From: Candidatus Hebobacterum abditum
GTDB lineage: Bacteria > Armatimonadota > Hebobacteria > Hebobacterales > Hebobacteraceae
DNA: 64,000 nt
Assembly: GCA_029821875.1 (NCBI GenBank)
Contig: JALGXW010000001.1
Coordinates: 88,089 to 152,088, forward strand
Reading direction: 5' to 3'
Of this stretch, positions 27,821 to 35,577 are shown piece after piece (position 1 is the first letter of the stretch; each line of letters opens with the position of its first letter). Both the position numbers and the translations under genes were made by a program. The notes below the pieces were generated by a model that saw only the letters and a list, made by a program, of their open reading frames with translations, searched no databases and had not been told where the DNA came from.

Positions 27821-28582
27821 CTACCTGAACGGAGCGAACGCATCGGCGAGCCGCCTCATGCCCTCGGCCAGCACGCTGCCGTCTGAGCCCAGCCCGATGA
27901 AGGTGAAGCCGTCCTCTATGGTGCGCGCGATCTGGTCGGGGCTGTTGAGCAGTATCCCAGCGGCCTTCCCACGGTTCTTCGCCGCGTCGGCCACCCGCTT
28001 CAGGGCCTCCCGGAATCGCGGATGGTCGAACTGCTGCGGGATGCCCATACTCACGCTGAGGTCGAGCGGCCCGACGAACAGCACGTCCGCTCCGTCTACC
28101 GCTGCGATGTCGCCCACTACGTCGAGGGTCGCCTCGGTTTCGATCTGAAGCACGGTCAGCAGCCTCTCGTTCGCCGTGGCGAGGTAATCCGTGAAGCTCG
28201 CGCCGAAGTCGCAGGCCCGGTTGAGGCTGGCGGCGCCCCGAATCCCCTGGGGCGGATAGCGCATGGCCGCGACGGCCTGCTGGGCCTCGGCTTGGCTGGT
28301 GACATAGGGGACGACCACGCCGGCCGCGCCGAGGTCGAGCACGCGCTTGAAGCGTGGCGCTTCGTTCCAGGCGATGCGGACGATGGGCGCGGCAGGCGTT
28401 CTCGCGACGGCCTGCAGTTGGTGCAGACAGCCCTCGTGGTCGCCCGCCCCATGCTCGAGGTCGATCACGACCCAATCGAAGCCGGCCGTGGCCGCGATCT
28501 CGGCCGTCATGCTCGAACCGAGGTTCAGCCAGGTGCCGGTCGCTAGCTCCCCCCGCAGAACTCGCTCTCGTATCCGCTGCAT
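27821..28582 (-). CDS. HpcH/HpaI (GarL-like) class II aldolase
   Basis: GFDWVVIDLEHG, KRVLDLGA, RYPPQGIRG, QIET, LFVGPLDLS. Alternative start at 28624. Confidence 0.93.
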   Translation of the reverse strand: MQRIRERVLRGELATGTWLNLGSSMTAEIAATAGFDWVVIDLEHGAGDHEGCLHQLQAVARTPAAPIVRIAWNEAPRFKRVLDLGAAGVVVPYVTSQAEAQQAVAAMRYPPQGIRGAASLNRACDFGASFTDYLATANERLLTVLQIETEATLDVVGDIAAVDGADVLFVGPLDLSVSMGIPQQFDHPRFREALKRVADAAKNRGKAAGILLNSPDQIARTIEDGFTFIGLGSDGSVLAEGMRRLADAFAPFR

Positions 28583-28735
28583 CAGATGGCTCCCGTACAG
28601 GACGTTGTCTGCGCGGTCTTCCATGTCGAGCCTGCGCGTCCTCTAGGACCTGCCATGCAGGTGAGCCGTCACAGGCGGCAAACTACGGACCCCGACCTAT
28701 GGCTGAACTGCGGCGCAGCGGGAGGAAAGAGAAGC

Positions 28736-29572
28736 GTGGAGATCGGATTGCTGACAGCCCCCCTCGGGGACAAGAGCCTGGAATGGGTAGCTGACTTCGC
28801 ACATGTGCACGGCTTCGGTGCCCTCGAAGTGGTCGCGCGGCCGGGCGGCGGGCACATTGATACCGCAACCCTCACGGAGGAGAAGGCCGGGCAGATCAAG
28901 GACCTCGTCCACCGGGGCGGCGTCCGGATTTCGAGCCTCGCCTGCTACGTGAATCTGCTCGAGCCGGATGCAGCGAAGCGCTCCCAGTTGGCAGAGGACA
29001 TGCGTTCCGTCATCGACGCCGCGCAGGCCCTGGGAGTTGAGGTGGTGTGCACGCTGGCCGGCATGCCGATGCCGGGCAAGGACAAGATGGCGACCATCGA
29101 GGATGACTTCCCGGCCGTGTTTGCGCCACTGACGGAGTACGCGGGCGAGCGGAACGTGAAGATAGCTTTCGAGAACTGGTTCGCGACCAACCTGCAGAAC
29201 CTGGCCCACTGGGAGCGCGTCTTCGAGGTCGTGCCGGCGCCGAACCTCGGGCTGAACTACGACCCCTCCCACCTCCTCTGGCAGGGAATCGACTACCTCG
29301 AGGCAGTCGAAGACTTCCGGGACCGCATCTACCATGCCCATGCCAAAGACACTGAGATCAAGCAGCACATGCTGCGGCGGCTGGGCAATCAGTCGATGGA
29401 GTGGTGGCGGTACTGCATCCCGGGCTACGGTGAGGTGGACTGGGGTGTCCTCATCGCTCGCCTGCGCGATGTCGGATACGATGGCGTGCTCAGTATCGAG
29501 CACGAGGACCGCGCCTTCGGTGTGGAGGAGGGCTTCATCAAGGGGCAGCGGTATCTGGCGCAGTACCTGTAG
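28736..29572 (+). CDS. Sugar phosphate isomerase/epimerase (xylose isomerase-like TIM barrel)
   Basis: GTG after GGAGG; IAFEN, GLNYDPSHL, HAHAKD, PGYGEVDW, GYDGVLSIEHED. Confidence 0.93.
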   Translation: MEIGLLTAPLGDKSLEWVADFAHVHGFGALEVVARPGGGHIDTATLTEEKAGQIKDLVHRGGVRISSLACYVNLLEPDAAKRSQLAEDMRSVIDAAQALGVEVVCTLAGMPMPGKDKMATIEDDFPAVFAPLTEYAGERNVKIAFENWFATNLQNLAHWERVFEVVPAPNLGLNYDPSHLLWQGIDYLEAVEDFRDRIYHAHAKDTEIKQHMLRRLGNQSMEWWRYCIPGYGEVDWGVLIARLRDVGYDGVLSIEHEDRAFGVEEGFIKGQRYLAQYL

Positions 29573-29610
29573 ACCGCAGTCTGCTGTCATCAGAGCCGAA
29601 CCGGGTCGCG

Positions 29611-29640
29611 TTGACGCCCTTTCTTGCGGCGTGCTAGAAT
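29611..29640 (+). promoter_or_regulatory. Sigma70-type promoter upstream of rarA
   Basis: TTGACG, 18 nt, TG-C-TAGAAT. Confidence 0.6.
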
Positions 29641-29657
29641 CCCCGCGGAGATGATCT

Positions 29658-31043
29658 ATGGGTGGTGAGGAGGCGGCGGGGAGCCTGTTCCCGGAGGAGC
29701 GGCGGGCCGCGCAGGAGGCCAAGACGCAGGCCATGCCGCTCGCCGCGCGTATGCGGCCGCGCATGCTTGACGAATTCGTGGGGCAGGAGCAGATCGCCGG
29801 GCCCGGCACCTACCTGCGGCAGGCCATTGAGGAGGACGAGCTCTCGTCCGTGATCTTCTACGGGCCTGCGGGGACGGGCAAGAGCACCCTCGCTCACATC
29901 ATCGCCCATTACACGAAGGCTCAATTCGAACCCTACAGCGCGGTCACGTCCGGAGTAGCCGACATCCGCCGGGTCACACAGCAGGCCAGGAAGCGGATGC
30001 AGGTGCAGGGGCGGAGGACGATCCTCTTCGTCGATGAGATCCACCGCTTCAACAAGGCGCAGCAGGACGCATTCCTGCCCTTCGTGGAGGACGGCACGAT
30101 CATCCTCATCGGCTCCACCACTGAGAATCCTTTCTTCGAGATCAACGCGCCGCTGGTGAGCCGCTCCCGCATCTTCGTCTTCGAGCCGCTGACTGCCGAG
30201 CAGGTCGGCACGATTGTCGACCGGACCCTGGCCGATGCAGAACGCGGCCTCGGTGGGCAGAACATCGAGGTGACAGCGGAGGCGCGAGAGCACATCGTCA
30301 ACCTGGCCAATGGCGACGCGCGGGCGGCGCTCAACGCGCTGGAGGCGGCCGCGCAGCAGGCCGCGGCTGGGCGGGACAAGCGTGTGGTCACGCTGGAGAT
30401 GGTGGAGGACGCCGCTCAGCGCCGGGCACTCACGTACGACAAGGCCGGCGACACTCACTACGATGTGATTTCCGCCTACATCAAGAGCATGCGCGGCGGA
30501 GACCCGGACGCGGCCCTCTACTGGCTGGCACGGATGATCTCGGCGGGGGAGGACCCGCGGTTCATCGCCCGGCGGCTGGTGATACAGGCGGCGGAGGACG
30601 TCGGCAACGCCGACCCGATGGCGCTCATGGTCGCCACCGCGGCCGCGCACGCGGTGGAGTATGTAGGTCTGCCAGAGGCCCAGATCCCGCTCGCCCAAGC
30701 GACAGCCTATGTCGCTGCCGCGCCCAAGAGCAACGCCTCCTATCTGGCCATCGCCCGGGCGATGGAGGATGTGCGGAATCGAGTGGTTCCCCTCGTGCCG
30801 AAGCACCTGCGGGACGCGAACTACCCCGGCGCGAAGCAGTTCGGGCACGGCGACGGCTACCAGTACCCCCACGACCTTCCGGGGCACTTCGTCTCACAGG
30901 AGTACCTGCCGAAGGGCACCAAGTCGCGCCGCTACTACGAGCCGGCCGAGCAGGGCTACGAGAAGAAGATCAAAGCGCGGCTGGAGGAGTGGCGCCGGCG
31001 GCGCCGCGAAGCGGGAGGGGACGAGGGGTCCGCGAACCCATGA
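29658..31043 (+). CDS. rarA: Replication-associated recombination protein A (RarA/MgsA AAA+ ATPase)
   Basis: PLAARMRP, GPAGTGKST, FVDEIHRFNKAQQD, TTENP, HYDVISAYIKSMRG, EDVGNADP. Confidence 0.97.
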   Translation: MGGEEAAGSLFPEERRAAQEAKTQAMPLAARMRPRMLDEFVGQEQIAGPGTYLRQAIEEDELSSVIFYGPAGTGKSTLAHIIAHYTKAQFEPYSAVTSGVADIRRVTQQARKRMQVQGRRTILFVDEIHRFNKAQQDAFLPFVEDGTIILIGSTTENPFFEINAPLVSRSRIFVFEPLTAEQVGTIVDRTLADAERGLGGQNIEVTAEAREHIVNLANGDARAALNALEAAAQQAAAGRDKRVVTLEMVEDAAQRRALTYDKAGDTHYDVISAYIKSMRGGDPDAALYWLARMISAGEDPRFIARRLVIQAAEDVGNADPMALMVATAAAHAVEYVGLPEAQIPLAQATAYVAAAPKSNASYLAIARAMEDVRNRVVPLVPKHLRDANYPGAKQFGHGDGYQYPHDLPGHFVSQEYLPKGTKSRRYYEPAEQGYEKKIKARLEEWRRRRREAGGDEGSANP

Positions 31044-32131
31044 GCGGACGGCGCGTCGCTGTCGCGATGAGCGGCGGGGTGGACAGTTCAGTCGCGGCAG
31101 CGCTTCTGCTGGAGCAGGGGTGTGAGGTCGTCGGGTTCACGATGCAGATCTGGCCCCGTGAGGCGGAGGAGAGCGCGCCACCGGGACTGCGGGGGTGCTG
31201 CGGACTGGAGGCGATCGACTCGGCCAAACGCGTGGCCAGCACTCTCGGCATCCGGCACTACGTACTGAACCTCCGCGAACCGTTCGAGCAACTAGTGATA
31301 GATCCATTCTGCGACGAGTACGCCGCGGGCCGAACTCCCAACCCCTGCATTCGGTGTAACACCTTCGTGAAGTTCGGCCCGCTGTTGAGGCGGGCGGCCG
31401 AGGTCGAGGCGGCGAAGCTGGCCACGGGCCACTACGCCGGGACGGCATATGACGAGCAGTCGGACAGATGGCAACTGCTCTGTGGGGCCGACGAGGCGAA
31501 GGACCAGTCGTACAGCCTCTACTCACTCAGTCAGGGGCAACTGTCGCGAGCGATGTTCCCTCTGGGCGAGATGACGAAGAAGGAGGTGCGGAGCAAAGCC
31601 GGCGAGCTCGGTTTGCCGTCGGCGGATCGGCCTGAGAGCCAGGAGGTTTGCTTCCTCTTCGGGGAGAGCTACCGGGAGTATCTGGCGCGTCAGCGGCCCG
31701 AGCTCGTTCGACCTGGTCCCATCGTTGACAGCGAGGGCAGGCAGGTCGGGCGGCACCGGGGCACGGCTTTCTACACAGTCGGGCAGCGGGAGGGCCTCGG
31801 CGTCTCCCGTCACACACCTCTGTATGTGACTGATATTGATGTGGGCTCCAATCGCCTGGTCGTCGGCGAAGCGGAAGAGGCGGCGGCGCGCGGTCTCGTG
31901 ATGGGCGACGTCAACTACGTGTCTATTGCGGATCTGCCAACGGAGGGGAGGCAGCTGAGAGCGAAGATCCGATCCGCAGGTCGCGCCGCGGCCTGCGTCG
32001 CGCGACCCGATGGAGACGGCGTGCGGGTGGAGTTCTCGGCCCCGCAGTGGGCTGTGTCTCCCGGGCAGGCCGCCGTGTGTTACGAAGGCGACGCAGTGGC
32101 GTTCGGCGGGATCATCGAAGCTGGATTCTGA
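31040..32131 (+). CDS. mnmA: tRNA 2-thiouridine(34) synthase
   Basis: AMSGGVDSS, TPNPCIRCN, ATGHYA, KDQSYSL, ESQEVCF, YTVGQR, SPGQAAV. ATGA overlap with rarA. Confidence 0.97.
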   Translation: MSGRRVAVAMSGGVDSSVAAALLLEQGCEVVGFTMQIWPREAEESAPPGLRGCCGLEAIDSAKRVASTLGIRHYVLNLREPFEQLVIDPFCDEYAAGRTPNPCIRCNTFVKFGPLLRRAAEVEAAKLATGHYAGTAYDEQSDRWQLLCGADEAKDQSYSLYSLSQGQLSRAMFPLGEMTKKEVRSKAGELGLPSADRPESQEVCFLFGESYREYLARQRPELVRPGPIVDSEGRQVGRHRGTAFYTVGQREGLGVSRHTPLYVTDIDVGSNRLVVGEAEEAAARGLVMGDVNYVSIADLPTEGRQLRAKIRSAGRAAACVARPDGDGVRVEFSAPQWAVSPGQAAVCYEGDAVAFGGIIEAGF

Positions 32132-32145
32132 GGAGGGACTCGTCG

Positions 32146-32559
32146 ATGGAGAAGGTGGCGTTGGGGGCAGCAACGCTGGCTGCTCTACTAGTCGCTGTGG
32201 TCGCGATCAGGCTGTACATACTAATCTCGCGCGCGCAGTCGGCAGTCGACCGGCTCGAGCGCCTGGTGGAATCGGAGGCGGTGTCGGCTGTGCGTGCCTG
32301 GGAGGGGGCGGCGCGAGGGGTTAGGGAGGCGGCAGGGAAGTTAGGAGCCGGGCTGGAGTCTCTGGCGAGCGCCCTGCGCCGATTGGATCGAGTCACCGAG
32401 AAGCTGGAGCCAGAGGTGCTTCGCCTGACGGCGATTCAGCCCGCCGTGGCCAAGGTGGCCTCGTGGCTGGGCGGCGTCAGCAAGGGCCTGGCAGACGTCA
32501 TGGGGCGCCGGCCCAAGACGAAGGCGGCCGGAGAGGGCGTCGAGACAGAGGCCGGGTAG
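32146..32559 (+). CDS. Hypothetical membrane-anchored helical protein (DUF948-like general-stress type)
   Basis: RBS GAGGAGG; N-terminal TM helix then amphipathic helices; directly upstream of the partner-switching genes. Confidence 0.65.
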   Translation: MEKVALGAATLAALLVAVVAIRLYILISRAQSAVDRLERLVESEAVSAVRAWEGAARGVREAAGKLGAGLESLASALRRLDRVTEKLEPEVLRLTAIQPAVAKVASWLGGVSKGLADVMGRRPKTKAAGEGVETEAG

Positions 32560-32568
32560 GAGAGCCAG

Positions 32569-32922
32569 ATGACCACGCCGCTGAAGATCGCCTCCCGAAC
32601 AGAGGGTAAGGACACGGCCATTCTGTCGCTTACCGGTGAGGTGGACGTGGCGAACGCCGGCCGGGTCCGCGACGCCGGCCTCAAGCTGATCTCAGACGGA
32701 ATCAAGCATTTGATCATCGATCTAAGCCCTACCGACTATATGGACAGCACGGGTTTGGGAACGCTTGTCGGGCTGCACAAGCGCCTCGTGGAGTCGGAGG
32801 GAGAGCTGATCGTCGCCGGGCCGCAGCCTCGGGTAGAGCGGTTGTTCGAGATTACGGGCCTGACTCAGGTCTTTAGAATCTTCGATGACGTGGACGCTGC
32901 TCTGAAGGAGGTGCGGGGATGA
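32569..32922 (+). CDS. rsbV: Anti-sigma factor antagonist (STAS domain, RsbV/SpoIIAA-like)
   Basis: GEVDVANA, YMDSTGLG (phospho-Ser motif), LFEITGL. Confidence 0.92.
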   Translation: MTTPLKIASRTEGKDTAILSLTGEVDVANAGRVRDAGLKLISDGIKHLIIDLSPTDYMDSTGLGTLVGLHKRLVESEGELIVAGPQPRVERLFEITGLTQVFRIFDDVDAALKEVRG

Positions 32923-33347
32923 AGACGACGACCCCCGACCAGGTGGAGATTCGGCTCCCGCGCAGGGCCGAGTTCGTGCGGGTGGCGCGGATGGCCGCGT
33001 GCGCGGTGGCCTCCCAGCTCGACTTCACCTATGACGTTGTCAAGGACGTAGAGCTCGCCGTGGGAGAGGCGTGCGCGAACGCCGTGGAGCACGTCGCCGA
33101 AGAGGGCTGCAATGAGATCTTGGTCAGGTTCGGCATCGATCCCACGCAGCTCACAATTGAGGTCCTCGACCGGGGACAGGGGTTTGACCCGAACGAGGCC
33201 GGAGGCGGGCGGGAGCAGGACTGGGATGACCCCGGCGGGCTGGGGCTTGGACTTGTGGTCATCAGGGAACTGATGGACGACATGGTCATTGAGTGCGACG
33301 AGGCGACCGGGACCTGTGTCCGGATGGTGAAGTACAGGTCGAGGTAG
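32919..33347 (+). CDS. rsbW: Anti-sigma factor / serine kinase (RsbW-like)
   Basis: LAVGEACANAVEH, DRGQGFDP, GGLGLGL; ATGA-coupled to the STAS gene. Confidence 0.92.
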   Translation: MKTTTPDQVEIRLPRRAEFVRVARMAACAVASQLDFTYDVVKDVELAVGEACANAVEHVAEEGCNEILVRFGIDPTQLTIEVLDRGQGFDPNEAGGGREQDWDDPGGLGLGLVVIRELMDDMVIECDEATGTCVRMVKYRSR

Positions 33348-33352
33348 GGCAC

Positions 33353-34171
33353 ATGACCCCGCGGAAGGCCGCGGAAGCGAAAGAGGTCGAGGAGAAGGCG
33401 AAGGCCGGAACCAGGCCGGGCCGGGACGCGGCCACGCCAGAGCTCTTCACGAAGTTCCAGCAAACCCGCGATCCGCAGGTGCGGGAAGAGCTGATACTGG
33501 CCCACATGAACCTCGTGCGCTACCTCGCGCGGAAGTTCGCCAATCGGGGTGAGCCCCTGGAGGACCTGATTCAGGTCGGGATGGTTGGCCTCATCAATGC
33601 CATAGACCGATTCGATTCGAGCCGCGGCATTCGGTTTGCGACCTACGCCACTCCGACGATCCTGGGGGAGATCAGGCGCTACTTCCGTGACCGGGGATGG
33701 GCCGTGAAGGTGCCCCGCCGGCTGCAGGAGCTCAATCTGGCGGCCAACAAGGTGGTCGATGAACTGACTCAGCGACTGACCCGGCCGCCTACGGTTCGCG
33801 AGATCGCGTCGGAGATGGACGTCACCGAGACCGAGGCCCTGGAGGCGATGGAGCTCAGCGAGATGTACGAGCTGCCTTCTCTCGATGGCGAACTCGGCGC
33901 GGAGTCCGACGAGGCGCGGAGCCGACTGCAGGACTATGTCGGACACGTGGATGAGGAGATCGAGCAGTTCGAGCGGAAGAGCCGACTGGCCGAAGCGCTG
34001 CGAGCCCTATCGCCGCGGGAGCAGAGCATCATAAAGATGCGCTTCTTCGACAACCTGTCTCAGACGCAGGTCGCCCAGGAGCTCAACATATCGCAGATGC
34101 ATGTCTCGCGGCTCCAACAGCGAGCCCTGGCGAAGCTGCGAGAGCTGCTCCGCGAGCAGGAGAACGAGTGA
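33353..34171 (+). CDS. sigB: RNA polymerase sigma factor, SigB/SigF/SigG family
   Basis: EDLIQVG..GLINAIDRFD, FATYATPTILGEIRRYFRD.GWAVKVPRRLQE, SQMHVSRL. Confidence 0.9.
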   Translation: MTPRKAAEAKEVEEKAKAGTRPGRDAATPELFTKFQQTRDPQVREELILAHMNLVRYLARKFANRGEPLEDLIQVGMVGLINAIDRFDSSRGIRFATYATPTILGEIRRYFRDRGWAVKVPRRLQELNLAANKVVDELTQRLTRPPTVREIASEMDVTETEALEAMELSEMYELPSLDGELGAESDEARSRLQDYVGHVDEEIEQFERKSRLAEALRALSPREQSIIKMRFFDNLSQTQVAQELNISQMHVSRLQQRALAKLRELLREQENE

Positions 34172-34255
34172 CGGGGGCACGGGGGGGCTGGGGGATGGCG
34201 CCCGGCGGTTTGGGATGGCGTCAGGCTGGGAGCGAGCACATCGGGGAGGTACAGC

Positions 34256-35467
34256 TTGGACCTGCCAACAGCTGTTGTCGCCCTCATAGCGGTCGCAGTC
34301 ATTGCTTACATCGTGACTATCGTTCACGCCGCGACGACGCGTACGCTTGGGCTCCAATCGGAGACTTACCGGCCTGAAGAAAGGCTGCTCGCCTGGCCGA
34401 AGTGGCTCTTCGGCCTCATCGGCGTGCTGCTGGTCATCTGGCTGCTCTATCGTGTACGCGGGATACTTCTCCCCTTCGTGCTGGGAGCGCTCATCGCTTA
34501 CCTGTTGAATCCCGGCATCGCGCGCCTCGAACGGAAGGGGTGGAGGCGAGGCAGAGCGATTCTCGTTGTGTTCGGCGTCTTCCTGGCGCTATTAGTGCTG
34601 GCCGTCATCCTCCTCGTTCCCCAATTCATCACCGATGCGAACAACCTGGTCCAGGAGTACGAGTACTACGCGAAGGCGTCGCGGCAGCTGTGGGAGTCGC
34701 TGAGGGAGACCGTCGAGGGTTGGGGTCAGGTCGTGGGCATGCTTCCGGAGGAGGTGCGCAGCGCGTTCAGCGACTTGGCGGACGCAGCTCAAGCGTATGG
34801 CCGTAATGTCCTGAGCAAGAGCATCATATGGCTCAACCGATCGGTCGTTCTCGTGTCTCTGCTGGTGATCACCCCGGTCGTGGCCTTCTGGGTGCTGCGC
34901 GACTACCAGAGGCTGGGGCAGCGACTGCTTCGCGCAGTGCCTGAGCCGCGTCGGCGCGCCCTGGTGGAGGTGCTCGGAGAGATCAACAAGCTTGTGGGGA
35001 GCTACCTCCTCGGCATGGTCACTATGATGGTCGTTGTCGGGATCTTCGCCATCATCGTGCTCACGGCCACGGGTGTCCCCTTCTCGGTGCTGCTCGGCAT
35101 CATGACGGGCGTGCTCTACGTGATCCCCTACATCGGGTTCCCGGCCGCCATGATCGTCATTGTCGTCACGATGGCCGTCACTGACAAGGGCCTCGCTATG
35201 ATCCTGGTCACGCTGGGCATCATGATGGCGGGCAACATCGCCTTTGATTACGGTGTTCAGCCGAGGGTCATCGGAAAGCGGGTGGGGCTCCATCCGCTCG
35301 TCGTGATTTTCTCGATCCTCGCCGGGGCCAGCCTCCTCGGCTTCGTGGGGATCGTGCTGGCCGTCCCGGTTGCGGGGTCGATTAAGGTCGTCTTGCTCCA
35401 CTTCTGGCCGGAGCTCTTCTCTTCCGAGGGCGAGGTCGCTCAGGCCGGGGATGCAGAGACCGGATGA
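34256..35467 (+). CDS. AI-2E family transporter
   Basis: TTG after GGAGG; LPFVLGALIAYLLNP, IPYIG, PRVIGKRVGLHPLVVI, GIVLAVP. Confidence 0.93.
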   Translation: MDLPTAVVALIAVAVIAYIVTIVHAATTRTLGLQSETYRPEERLLAWPKWLFGLIGVLLVIWLLYRVRGILLPFVLGALIAYLLNPGIARLERKGWRRGRAILVVFGVFLALLVLAVILLVPQFITDANNLVQEYEYYAKASRQLWESLRETVEGWGQVVGMLPEEVRSAFSDLADAAQAYGRNVLSKSIIWLNRSVVLVSLLVITPVVAFWVLRDYQRLGQRLLRAVPEPRRRALVEVLGEINKLVGSYLLGMVTMMVVVGIFAIIVLTATGVPFSVLLGIMTGVLYVIPYIGFPAAMIVIVVTMAVTDKGLAMILVTLGIMMAGNIAFDYGVQPRVIGKRVGLHPLVVIFSILAGASLLGFVGIVLAVPVAGSIKVVLLHFWPELFSSEGEVAQAGDAETG

Positions 35468-35577
35468 GTCTGCTATAATAGGCGTACCACTTGCGCCGCG
35501 CCCGAGTGCGCCGGCGCAATTGTTATAGCGGCCAGCGCGGCACACAGCAGACGAGACTCGACGGGAGACGAAGGCGC

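Noticed and set aside
32569-34171. spoIIA operon implying sporulation
   Set aside because: The sigma motifs (PTILGEIRRYFRD..W.V.VPRRLQE, SQMHVSRL) fit SigB/actinobacterial SigF-type stress sigmas at least as well, and no dacF or spoVA neighbours are present.
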